Assembly (NCBI GenBank): GCA_041640035.1
Contig: JBEQBC010000001.1
Span: 1 to 64,000, forward strand
Source: Candidatus Nanohaloarchaea archaeon
GTDB taxonomy: Archaea; Nanohalarchaeota; Nanosalinia; Nanosalinales; Nanosalinaceae
Reading direction: 5' to 3'
DNA: 64,000 bases
Shown here: one piece after another, positions 9,416 through 17,968 of the stretch
How positions within the stretch are numbered: position 1 is the first letter of the stretch
Layout of the letters: each line of letters begins with the position of its first letter
Notes under the pieces: model-generated
What the model saw: the letters and a program-made list of their open reading frames with translations, nothing else
Database searches by the model: none
Told to the model about the DNA's origin: nothing
Translations under genes and position numbers: made by a program

Positions 9416-9853
9416 CTATTCGTCTCTTTCGTATTCCCAGTTGTCTGGAATCTCGCCTTCTTCTCTGTAGTAGTCTGCAAGGCTTCGGATCTTTGCTTCT
9501 GTAAGTTCCAGTCTTCTTTCTGCCTGAGAATCGTTATCGTTCTCGTCCAGGTGGTCCTTCAGGTTCTCTGCCTTGTCAAGCAGGTTCTGAAGGTCGGAAG
9601 GTACTTCTGGTGCTTCTCCGTTTTCCTCTAGAATCTCTGTTACTTTCTTGTCAGTTACCTGTTTTACAGAAGGGATTCCGTACTGGTCTCTCAGCCGTAG
9701 CCCAATTTGAGCTGGCTGAAGTCCGTCCTGGCTGAGCTTTACGACGAGGTCTTCAACTTCTTCCTCGTTGTAGTCTACCCAGTCAGGGTTGTCTTTTTCT
9801 ACTGGTTTGTTGGATCCTGAACTTCCTCTTGCGTCTGAGTGCATTCTTGACAT
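9416..9853 (-). CDS. rps15: 30S ribosomal protein uS15
   Basis: MSRMH..ARGSSGS..P, IGLRLRDQYGIPSVK and L.LTEAKIR.L..YY motifs. Confidence 0.95.
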   Translation of the reverse strand: MSRMHSDARGSSGSNKPVEKDNPDWVDYNEEEVEDLVVKLSQDGLQPAQIGLRLRDQYGIPSVKQVTDKKVTEILEENGEAPEVPSDLQNLLDKAENLKDHLDENDNDSQAERRLELTEAKIRSLADYYREEGEIPDNWEYERDE

Positions 9854-9916
9854 TGTATATCACATACCGATCCGGTTCAGCAAATCGAAAATAGTTTGCT
9901 TTTCCGGTCTATACCC
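9854..9916 (-). promoter_or_regulatory. Structured 5' leader of rps15 (candidate autoregulatory r-leader)
   Basis: TATA-like TTTAAAAA at 9942-9935. Nested inverted repeats: GTATA/TATAC (9855-59, 9910-14), CCGG/CCGG and AGCAAA/TTTGCT (9879-84, 9895-9900). Confidence 0.5.
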
Positions 9917-9945
9917 AACCTTCAACTAGAAATCTTTTTAAATCC

Positions 9946-10512
9946 CTATTTGTACCGGCCACGCTGCTCCACTTCCTCCAACTGCTCAAGAACCTCACCA
10001 CTGTCCTCCATGCTCTGGTAACCTTTCAGGAAACCTTCCCACATATCCGTGCTCTGTCCGCTGTGGGAGCTCGCCAGCACCTGTTTCAACAGATGAATAT
10101 CAACTGCTTTGTCCTCTACTCTTTCAGACTGGTAGGCCAGTCCGAAGTCGATAATCTTCAGCTCCTCTCCCACGATCACATTACTGGTGGTGAGATCTCC
10201 GTGGATGATATCAAGCTCGTGAAGCGCTGCCACTTCCTCACCCAGCTCTTCAAACAGATCGGTTTGCAGGCTGTCTCTGAGTTTTTCGCCATCTATTTTC
10301 TCCATCTTGAACTGTGTTTCCGATTCCTCAAGTATCTCTGGAACCGATACATTGTATTTCCGGGCTTTCTTCAGTAATCTTACTTCTCTCGTGGTTCTCT
10401 CCGTCCTCAGCTTCTCATCAAGTTCCGGGTGACGGTACCTTTTCTTCTCCCTTTTCTTCTCCGCAGTACTTTCATCGAAGCTGATTACTGCTTCAGCGCC
10501 TCTTTGATCCAT
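9946..10512 (-). CDS. bud32: KEOPS complex kinase Bud32
   Basis: RGAEA, K.YRHPELD..LR.ERT..E, IHGDLTTSN, IIDFGL, EDKAVD and RGRY motifs. Confidence 0.95.
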   Translation of the reverse strand: MDQRGAEAVISFDESTAEKKREKKRYRHPELDEKLRTERTTREVRLLKKARKYNVSVPEILEESETQFKMEKIDGEKLRDSLQTDLFEELGEEVAALHELDIIHGDLTTSNVIVGEELKIIDFGLAYQSERVEDKAVDIHLLKQVLASSHSGQSTDMWEGFLKGYQSMEDSGEVLEQLEEVEQRGRYK

Positions 10513-10542
10513 GATTAGAAAACCTGTTCTGTACGAAATTTT

Positions 10543-12189
10543 TTATCCTTCATCGGACTGAAGGAACTTCCTGATTTCCAAGAGATTTCTTCTTCTGAGC
10601 TCCTCTCTGTAGTTCCTGTCCTCCATAACTCCCTGCATATGGTCAACCAGCATCTCCGAGCTCAGGATCTCTGGTACATTCACATACATCGCTCCGCGGT
10701 TAAGAAGTTCGCTGGCCTCTGCCACTGTTTCAGAACGCAGGATTATATCTGCATCAGTTTCAAGGTCGAGTATGTGTTCGGAGATTTTCTTCACGGGTAC
10801 TGTGGAAACTATTAGCTGAGCTTCACTCATGTTGGCTTCTTTCCATGGGTAGTAGTCCATGACATCTCCGTAGATGTATGGTTCCTCTTTTTCACGGAGG
10901 TCCTCAACTTTCTCTGGGTCATTCTCTATTACGAGGAACTCTACTTCCTCTGATTTCAGTGCGTCAACAATTCTTTTGCCCTGTGTATCGTAACCGGCTA
11001 CTATAACATGGTTATCTAGTTCTCCGAGGTCATCGCTTGTTGGAACTGATTTCTTGGTTGGAAGGAAGCTTATCTCCTTGATTTTTCTGTAAAGTGTTTC
11101 TTCGTGTCGGCTGGTGTATGCGGAGCTTATCATGGTGGCTGTGGCTGCCAGTATCAATGCGTTGAACAGTTCTGTGGATATAGTGCCGTTGATGTACCCT
11201 GTAATCCCGATTATCAGGCTGAACTCGCTGATCTGGTCTAGGCTGAAACCTGTCAGGTGAGCGGTTCTATCATCGAATCCCTGGCTGATCAGTCCAAGCA
11301 CTGTTATCAGAGGTTTAGCTACTGCTACGAGCAGGAAGAGAACTGTAGATATCACCAGTGTTTCAATTCCGGGGACCGTTACGAGTGCACCCAGTGATAT
11401 GAAGAATAGTGCTGAGAAGAAGTCCTTCAATGATCCTGTGGTGTCCAGTATCTCCATGTTGTGTGGGAACTTCGAGACTGCGATTCCTGCTGCGAACGCC
11501 CCGACTACTATGCTGAGATCGAGGCTTGAAGCCAGTCCTACGAAACCGGCCAGGAATGCTATAGAAGTAATCATGAAGAGCTCTCTGGAGTTTTCTATAA
11601 GTCGGCCGATGTAGTCAAAGAAGTAGCTTCGGATAACTACTGCTGTCATCATTATCCCGATACCGGATGCGAAATGAGTTACTACATCTGTGCCTGAGGA
11701 GAGAGCGGTTAACCCGACTACAAGAACTAGAGCAAGTACATCCTGAATCAACTGTATAGATTCTGCTATTCTTCCGTGGATCAAGTCGATCTGTATCTCT
11801 TTTTCTATCAGGTCCAAACCTACCAGTGATGAGCTCAGAGATGCAAACACGCTGAAGTAAAGTGCTTCCATGAGGGAGAGGTTCATTATCAGTGCTGCTG
11901 CAAATCCAAGCAGTCCTATCAGAAGCACCTGGAGTGTCGCTGTAAACTGGCTTTCGTCCGCGACCGATCTTATTCTTCTCAGGTCCAGTTTGACGCCGAA
12001 GACGAACACAAGGAAGGCGATGCCTATCTGTGAAAAATTGATTATATCCTGTTCTGGTATGTAAGGTCCTAGGATTAGTCCTGCTAGTATGTATGCTGGT
12101 AGAGCCGGATGGTTGAATCTGTCAAGTATCATCAGGGTTATTGAAGCTGTGATGAAGATTAGGGTAAGTACTTCGATTAGCTCAGACAC
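10543..12189 (-). CDS. CPA2/KefC-like cation:proton antiporter with RCK_N domain
   Basis: 12-13 TM, YILAGLILGP, IQD, GAFAAG, DFFSALFFISLG and QISEF motifs plus a C-terminal TrkA-N-like domain. GTG start at 12189 follows a GGGGTGA SD. Confidence 0.9.
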   Translation of the reverse strand: MSELIEVLTLIFITASITLMILDRFNHPALPAYILAGLILGPYIPEQDIINFSQIGIAFLVFVFGVKLDLRRIRSVADESQFTATLQVLLIGLLGFAAALIMNLSLMEALYFSVFASLSSSLVGLDLIEKEIQIDLIHGRIAESIQLIQDVLALVLVVGLTALSSGTDVVTHFASGIGIMMTAVVIRSYFFDYIGRLIENSRELFMITSIAFLAGFVGLASSLDLSIVVGAFAAGIAVSKFPHNMEILDTTGSLKDFFSALFFISLGALVTVPGIETLVISTVLFLLVAVAKPLITVLGLISQGFDDRTAHLTGFSLDQISEFSLIIGITGYINGTISTELFNALILAATATMISSAYTSRHEETLYRKIKEISFLPTKKSVPTSDDLGELDNHVIVAGYDTQGKRIVDALKSEEVEFLVIENDPEKVEDLREKEEPYIYGDVMDYYPWKEANMSEAQLIVSTVPVKKISEHILDLETDADIILRSETVAEASELLNRGAMYVNVPEILSSEMLVDHMQGVMEDRNYREELRRRNLLEIRKFLQSDEG

Positions 12190-13867
12190 TTCTATCACCC
12201 CATTTTATCCGTTCCTTTTCCGCTTTGACCTCTTCCAGGAATAGTTCTTTGTCTTCGAGGTATAGCTCCATGTACTCGTTCATCTTGTCTCCTGTAAGGA
12301 TGTTTTCAAGTATGACATAGTGAGCATCCATTTCGTACAGTTCTGCTGCTTTCTCCATGGAATCTGTCTGGATGAACTTTGTTGCGTCCTCTGCAGCATC
12401 TGAAAGTATCCTTTTGTTCACCTCATGGTCCTGCACTACTGAAAGTATGAAGTCTGCCCTTGTTATACCTGAAGAGGATCTTATCTCTCCGTGTTTGAAA
12501 TCCCCGTAAATGTACTCGTACTCTGATGATGCTAGGTTCTGCGTGTCGTCAGCATCGTTATCAACTATTACAACCTGGTCGTAGTTTTCGTTCAGTAATT
12601 TCAGCGCTCTTTTTGCTAGTTCGTTGTAACCGATTACGATCGCATGGTTCTCAAGTTCCTGTATCTCTACATCTTCATCGTCTTCATCCTCAAAAACCTC
12701 TAGAAGATGCTCTACTTTTCTGTAAATAGCTTCGTTGAATGTGATCAGGTAGGAGGATATTCCCATCGTTACCATGGCGGTGATGCTCAGGAACCCGAGT
12801 ACATTTTGGTTAATGAATCCTTCTGAAACAGCTAATGCGCCCAGTATAAGTGCGAACTCGCTTATCTGTGTCTTGTTTATCGCTGCTTTGAAACTGGTTT
12901 CCGGCGTGAAATTCTGGCTGTTCGTAACCATGAATATGATGACGAACTTGGCTACCATCAGTACTCCTGATGCGATAAGTGCTTCACGCCAGTAGAAACC
13001 AAGTGTTTCAAGTGTCAGCCCTATTCCCAGGCTTACGAAGAATACTGCCATGAAGAAATCTGTCAACGGTCTTACCCGCTCTCTTAGTTCGCTGCTGTAT
13101 GGTACCTGTCCCAGGCTTATACCTGCGAAGAATGCACCGATTTCCATCGACATCCCGACCTGTTCTGCCAATGTGATCATGAAGAAGAACCATCCCAGGC
13201 CGTAGACGAAAAAGGTGTGCTGACTGTCTTTTATGGACTGGAAGAGTCTTGGTAAAAAGTACTCTGAGGCGATATAGGTCAGCAAACCGATTAATATGAT
13301 GAAGAATATTATCTGTGTGATGCTGAAGGCGAACTCGGTTAATGAGCCTCCTGATGTACCCAGCAAAGCTAAGAGGATAACAACCACGATGTCTTCTATC
13401 AGAAGCATTCCGACATCCAGTTTTCCGGGCAGTGTCGTTTCCTGATCAAGATCAGCAAGCAACTTAACTACTACTGCTGTAGATCCGTACATTGAGGCTG
13501 CCGCGATTATCAGTGAGGGAACCATCTGGAAGTTCAGAAGCATGGCTACGGTGTACGCAACCAGCCCGACCAATGCCATCTGAACCATTGCGATTATCGT
13601 TACCGGTTTCAGTATTTGCCGGATCTCATCTATCTTTATCTCAAGTCCTATGAAGAACAGAAGGAATCCCAGTCCGAGTTCGGACATCAGGTTGATGAAA
13701 CTGGTGTTTTCAACAAGTCCAAGTCCGGCACCTCCTAGAAGTAGTCCTGTGGCGATATAGGCGATAACTGTAGGCTGCTTGGTCTTTCTTGCGATTATTC
13801 CTAGGACTGCCGCTACTATCGCTATCAATCCAAGTCCTGCAAACTGTCCGCCTATCAAGGATACCAT
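12182..13867 (-). CDS. CPA2/KefC-like cation:proton antiporter with RCK_N domain (paralog)
   Basis: AYIATGLLLG, STAVVVKLL, LLIED, GAFFAG, DFF..FFVSLG and QISEF motifs. Confidence 0.92.
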   Translation of the reverse strand: MVSLIGGQFAGLGLIAIVAAVLGIIARKTKQPTVIAYIATGLLLGGAGLGLVENTSFINLMSELGLGFLLFFIGLEIKIDEIRQILKPVTIIAMVQMALVGLVAYTVAMLLNFQMVPSLIIAAASMYGSTAVVVKLLADLDQETTLPGKLDVGMLLIEDIVVVILLALLGTSGGSLTEFAFSITQIIFFIILIGLLTYIASEYFLPRLFQSIKDSQHTFFVYGLGWFFFMITLAEQVGMSMEIGAFFAGISLGQVPYSSELRERVRPLTDFFMAVFFVSLGIGLTLETLGFYWREALIASGVLMVAKFVIIFMVTNSQNFTPETSFKAAINKTQISEFALILGALAVSEGFINQNVLGFLSITAMVTMGISSYLITFNEAIYRKVEHLLEVFEDEDDEDVEIQELENHAIVIGYNELAKRALKLLNENYDQVVIVDNDADDTQNLASSEYEYIYGDFKHGEIRSSSGITRADFILSVVQDHEVNKRILSDAAEDATKFIQTDSMEKAAELYEMDAHYVILENILTGDKMNEYMELYLEDKELFLEEVKAEKERIKWGDRSV

Positions 13868-13869
13868 GG

Positions 13870-14463
13870 TTACTTCAGCACTTCTTCAAGATCAGCCCGA
13901 CTTACCGGACCTTTACGATGAATAACGATATCCGAGTTATTAACTTCAACGATTGTAGAAGTCGGACCATCACTCAACTCACCACGATCAACTACTCCAT
14001 CAACTTTCTCAAGAAGCTCTTCAGAAATATCTTCGATACTGTAAGAAGTACTTTCGCCGGATACATTCGCAGAAGTAGCAGTGATAGGACCTACCTCAGC
14101 AAGCTTTGATGCAACATCGCCGGAGGAAACACGGAATGCAAAATCCTGGTTCAAGTTATCCGGAAAATTATCCTTTTTCTCCGAGACCAGTGTGATCGGT
14201 CCTGGCATGAACTCTTCAACCACTTTCTTCTCTCTCTCTGAAAGCTCCGCGTACCTCTCCGCAGTCTCAAGAGAGTCAACTATCGCAGTCAAACCTTTAC
14301 TGCGTGGCCGCTGCTTCGCCTCATAAACCTTCTCAACTGCATCCGGGTTAAGTGCATCCGCCGCCAACCCATAAGCAGTCTCAGTCGGGAAGACCACAAC
14401 GCCGCCATCTTCAATTATCTGTTTAGCTTCCTCGATATCGACTTTGAGTTGTTCTACATCCAT
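13870..14463 (-). CDS. sua5: L-threonylcarbamoyladenylate synthase, single YrdC/TsaC domain
   Basis: FPTETAYGLAADA, K.RP..K, PGPIT, TATSAN.SG and STIV motifs. True start at ATG 14463 overlaps the kae1 stop; no C-terminal SUA5 domain. Confidence 0.92.
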   Translation of the reverse strand: MDVEQLKVDIEEAKQIIEDGGVVVFPTETAYGLAADALNPDAVEKVYEAKQRPRSKGLTAIVDSLETAERYAELSEREKKVVEEFMPGPITLVSEKKDNFPDNLNQDFAFRVSSGDVASKLAEVGPITATSANVSGESTSYSIEDISEELLEKVDGVVDRGELSDGPTSTIVEVNNSDIVIHRKGPVSRADLEEVLK

Positions 14464-15425
14464 GATGTATCGACCTCGTCTGGACGCCAGTCCGGAAGTG
14501 TTTCGGCTGATATATCGGTTTCTCTTCCTGCCTGTAGCTCGATAAGTCCCTGGTGTGCGATCATGACTCCGTTGTCCATGAGGTACTCTGGAGGTGGGAT
14601 GTATGCTTCTGCGTCTCTCTGTTCGCACATCTGTTTGATCATTTCCTGTAATCGTGAGTTCATGGCTACGCCGCCTGTGAGAAGTGCTTCCTTTGATTCT
14701 TCCTGTGCCATCGCTCTTTCCAGTGCTTCGATCGCTGCAGAGTATGCGTGTTCCTGAAAGCTGTTTGCCAGTACTTCTTCACTAGTTCCGCCTGCTTTTC
14801 TCTGTGCTTCTGTTACCAGGCCGGAGTAGGATAGATCCATTCCCTTGATCGGGTAGCTCATCTCTATTATATTATCTGTTTTGTCTGCCAGTTTTTCGAT
14901 TTCTGGTCCGCCGGGATGTGGGTGTCCGAGTGTTCTGGCTAGTTTGTCTAATGCGTTTCCTAGTGCTACATCTAGTGTTTCTCCGACTACACGGTATTTG
15001 TCGTTTCTGTACTGGATTATTTGTGTGTTGCCGCCTGAGACATAGAGTGTTGTTGGTCTTTCTGCTTCAGTTGTTCTTGTTCCGATTGAGATGTGTGCGA
15101 GGCAGTGGTTTACTCCGATCAGTGGTATATCATGTTTCTGTGCGAGGCTTCTTGCTGTTACTGCTCCGACTTCCAGGCACTGTGGTATTCCGGGTCCTCG
15201 TGAGTATGCGATTGCGTCGATGTCTTTTGGTTCGAGTTCTGCTTCATCGTATGCCTGTTTGAGAAGGTGTATTGCTTTGTTGTAGTGGTGTTCGGAAGCC
15301 TTTCTTGGATGTATTCCGCCTTCTTCCGGTTCGTACATGTCTTTCTGGTTGGCCAGTATCTCGTCTTCGTTGACTATTCCTACGCCGAATGTGTGTGCGG
15401 TACTTTCTATTCCGAGGACCTTCAT
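14454..15425 (-). CDS. kae1: KEOPS N6-threonylcarbamoyltransferase Kae1
   Basis: GIESTAHT.G, GGIHP, VNHCLAH, LYVSGGNTQ, GETLD, GGVA.N and DNG.MIA motifs. Confidence 0.97.
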   Translation of the reverse strand: MKVLGIESTAHTFGVGIVNEDEILANQKDMYEPEEGGIHPRKASEHHYNKAIHLLKQAYDEAELEPKDIDAIAYSRGPGIPQCLEVGAVTARSLAQKHDIPLIGVNHCLAHISIGTRTTEAERPTTLYVSGGNTQIIQYRNDKYRVVGETLDVALGNALDKLARTLGHPHPGGPEIEKLADKTDNIIEMSYPIKGMDLSYSGLVTEAQRKAGGTSEEVLANSFQEHAYSAAIEALERAMAQEESKEALLTGGVAMNSRLQEMIKQMCEQRDAEAYIPPPEYLMDNGVMIAHQGLIELQAGRETDISAETLPDWRPDEVDTSWM

Positions 15426-15460
15426 TACAAGTCAGTTCGGTTCTTGAAAAGTTAAAACTC

Positions 15461-16021
15461 CTAGTTCTCAAGTTCCTCCACATAATTCCGGAGCTTTTCA
15501 AGAGCATTCTTTCTGTGGGAAACCTCATTTTTGTACTCGGGATCTTCTCCCCAAGTATTGTCGTTTCCTTCAGGCAGGAATAACGGGTCGTATCCGAATC
15601 CGCCTTCTCCCTCGGGTTCGACAAGTTCGCCAGAAGCTTTACCTGTGAATACTTCTATCTCTTTGCTCTGCGGGTTGTAGAATGCTACCGCTGCACGGAA
15701 TTCTGCCTTAGCACCTTCATCAACCAGATCTAACAGTCTTTCTTTGCCTACCATGCTGTCGAAGGGAGAGCTTAGTGGACCTGGAAAACCGTTCAGTGAT
15801 TCAACGAAAAGCCCTGAATCGTCAGCCATCACGAAGGCATCGTCTTCAATATTTGATTTCTCGATGGCCTGTTCAACTTTGAACTCTGCTATCTCCTCTA
15901 TTGAATTTGACTGTGGTTCGATGGTTTCAACATCGACCTGTTCGACTTCAAACTGTCTGCCTAGTATTTCTGATGCGTGTTTTGCTTTTCCGGAGTTGCC
16001 GGTAGCGAAGTAAATCTTCAT
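15461..16021 (-). CDS. rdgB: Non-canonical purine NTP pyrophosphatase (RdgB/Ham1)
   Basis: FATGN.GK, DDSGLFV..LNGFPG, GGFGYDPLF.P and KN..SHR motifs. Confidence 0.95.
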   Translation of the reverse strand: MKIYFATGNSGKAKHASEILGRQFEVEQVDVETIEPQSNSIEEIAEFKVEQAIEKSNIEDDAFVMADDSGLFVESLNGFPGPLSSPFDSMVGKERLLDLVDEGAKAEFRAAVAFYNPQSKEIEVFTGKASGELVEPEGEGGFGYDPLFLPEGNDNTWGEDPEYKNEVSHRKNALEKLRNYVEELEN

Positions 16022-16096
16022 GTAGAAAGATACAGTTTCAGAGAATTAAAAACTGGAGATATGGAAAAGGGAGAGAAAAGGGAGGGGAAATGTGGT

Positions 16097-16246
16097 TTAT
16101 TCGTGTTTGGTGTACTGGCATTTGCCGCAGCTTTTGCGGTCATCGTGCTCTGCTAGGAAGCTGCCGCATCGTGGGCATTTTTCTCCTGTTGTGCTTCCGT
16201 CTTCGTTGTATTTCTCGTAGATTGCTACTTTTTCGTGTTTGCTCAT
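16097..16246 (-). CDS. rps27ae: 30S ribosomal protein eS31 (S27ae)
   Basis: Below ORF-track cutoff. Manual translation MSKHEKVAIYEKYNEDGSTTGEKCPRCGSFLAEHDDRKSCGKCQYTKHE has a C4 zinc ribbon; GAGGTG SD; follows rps24e. Confidence 0.92.
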   Translation of the reverse strand: MSKHEKVAIYEKYNEDGSTTGEKCPRCGSFLAEHDDRKSCGKCQYTKHE

Positions 16247-16262
16247 ATTTTGTTACACCTCT

Positions 16263-16700
16263 TTAAAGTCGGTCTTTGATCCACTGTTTCAGGGTTTTTC
16301 GGTCCTTGTTCTTTTTCTCTGCTTCGAGTGCTGCCTTCAGGCCTTCTGTCTCTGCTTCTTCAAGTTCGTCTTTGGCTTCTGTGATTGTTCCTGAGACCGT
16401 TTCCTCGAACTCTCCTACCGGAAGATCTCCTTTTTCTTCTTCGATTGTCTCTTCTTCTAGGCTTTCGTCGTATTCGAAGTCCTGGTATACTTTTGCGTAA
16501 GCTGTTGATACCTGGCTTCCGTAAGGAGTTTTGACCGTGTCGATTTCGATGTTTTCCTGATCAAGATCGTTCTCTGCTGCTACTCTGTTTTTGATGTCTT
16601 CGATGCTTGGAGTTGCTTCTCCTGTGTGTGTCAAAGTGATTTTGACATTTTTCCTGTCGAGTAGCGGGTTGTTCTTAACTGATTCAAGTTTTGCTTCCAT
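16263..16700 (-). CDS. rps24e: 30S ribosomal protein eS24 with C-terminal extension
   Basis: NPLL.RK...H.GEATPS...T.YG......AKVY core plus about 70 extra C-terminal residues. Confidence 0.88.
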   Translation of the reverse strand: MEAKLESVKNNPLLDRKNVKITLTHTGEATPSIEDIKNRVAAENDLDQENIEIDTVKTPYGSQVSTAYAKVYQDFEYDESLEEETIEEEKGDLPVGEFEETVSGTITEAKDELEEAETEGLKAALEAEKKNKDRKTLKQWIKDRL

Positions 16701-16717
16701 TAGTATATCACCAAATT

Positions 16718-16906
16718 TTATTTTGCTCTTATTGCGTATTTGCCGGGTGTCTCGATACCCATTTTCTCTGCGATTTCGCTGTCATCCGGATCATAAATCA
16801 CGACCAGTCCGCTCCATGATGTGGAGAGGTCGTTGTTTCTACATACAGGACATTCATCGCTGTCCTCTACTATCCTGTTGCAGTTCTTACATACTTTCTC
16901 TGCCAT
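16718..16906 (-). CDS. spt4: Transcription elongation factor Spt4 (RpoE'')
   Basis: CxxC...CPxC zinc ribbon, W.G.V.I.DP..SEIA..MGI..PG.YA. Confidence 0.96.
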   Translation of the reverse strand: MAEKVCKNCNRIVEDSDECPVCRNNDLSTSWSGLVVIYDPDDSEIAEKMGIETPGKYAIRAK

Positions 16907-17482
16907 CTATTCTTCACCTTCTTCGTCTTCTTCCTCGGCTCTTTCTTCTTCGTAATGTTCGATCCATTCGTCTCTTCCGAGTCCTGGCTGTCTCATTGTC
17001 AGGTTAATCTTGTTGCTTTCTTCGTTACCGAGGCTGACTGCGATCATTCTTGTGATTACTTTGTCGTCAATTTCCAGTGTGAACTGCTCTTCTTCGGATA
17101 CAAGCATGTTGTTTTCTTCGTCCAGGTTGACATATTCGTCCATTACCTGGGATACATGGCATAGACCGTCGAACGGTCCGATTCGGATAAATGCTCCGAA
17201 GTCTGTGACATCGACTACTTCTCCGCGGATTACTTCATGCGTTTCTGGGTCGAATGTCAGTGCTTCGTATTCGACTTCGTAGTGGACTCCTGCGTCTTCC
17301 GGTTCGATATCGCCTCCTTCTACGCTGTTCACATTTTCTACTGCGAGGATTACTCCTGCTTCTTCTGTGATCTTTCCTTCTGCTTCTTCTTTTAGTCCTT
17401 CTTTTACGCTTTCTTCTACATCTTCTCCGAAGTGCTCTGGAGGCACTCTTACGGAGTCCGCTACGGTCAGTCTTTTGTACAT
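16907..17482 (-). CDS. rpoE1: RNA polymerase subunit Rpo7 (RpoE')
   Basis: VRVPP..FG, FGAFIRIGPFDGL.HVSQ and LTMRQPGLG motifs. Confidence 0.96.
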   Translation of the reverse strand: MYKRLTVADSVRVPPEHFGEDVEESVKEGLKEEAEGKITEEAGVILAVENVNSVEGGDIEPEDAGVHYEVEYEALTFDPETHEVIRGEVVDVTDFGAFIRIGPFDGLCHVSQVMDEYVNLDEENNMLVSEEEQFTLEIDDKVITRMIAVSLGNEESNKINLTMRQPGLGRDEWIEHYEEERAEEEDEEGEE

Positions 17483-17548
17483 AGTTGGTTATCCTCCTCT
17501 GAATGATTTAAACTCTCTGTGGAACATATAACAGGTTAGACACAATTT

Positions 17549-17932
17549 TTAAAACCCTACCGAGGAACGGTTCAAAACCTCCAAGTGATCGCCGCTGCGT
17601 ATGATCACCACTTCACGGGAGTCGTCACGCAGCCGGTTCTTCAGTTCCTTGTCATTCGTCGCGATAATATAATCCTTCGCGATATCAACCAGCAGGTCGT
17701 CAACCTCTCCCTCTCCTTCAGTGCTCAGAACTGTGATGTTCTGGGTCTCGATCAGTTTGTCGATAAGTTCCTTGTACTTCCCGCCTTCGATACTTTTCGC
17801 CTCCTGAACTGCGTCCTCCAAAGTATACAGTTCATGGAAAGGATAAATCCTGTCAAACTCCTCGAAAAGCGGTAAAGAAAGCTCGAAAGGAGCTACAAGG
17901 AAGTTCGTGTCCAACATGATTTTGTTATCCAT
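17549..17932 (-). CDS. PIN-domain protein (Fcf1/Utp24-like)
   Basis: LDTNFL, VDD.L and ATND.ELK motifs; usual superoperon position upstream of rpoE'. Confidence 0.88.
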   Translation of the reverse strand: MDNKIMLDTNFLVAPFELSLPLFEEFDRIYPFHELYTLEDAVQEAKSIEGGKYKELIDKLIETQNITVLSTEGEGEVDDLLVDIAKDYIIATNDKELKNRLRDDSREVVIIRSGDHLEVLNRSSVGF

Positions 17933-17968
17933 ACCAGTGATTTAAGCTCCGAATCTTAAAAACCGGTT

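Noticed and set aside
14464-14628. N-terminal extension of Sua5 in the ORF track (similar extensions for Nudix to 4080, DUF1704 to 19222, TFB to 56171, AdkA from 58740, and 59396)
   Set aside because: The extensions overlap neighbouring genes or promoters and have atypical composition. Downstream ATGs fit stop/start coupling, SD or TATA spacing.
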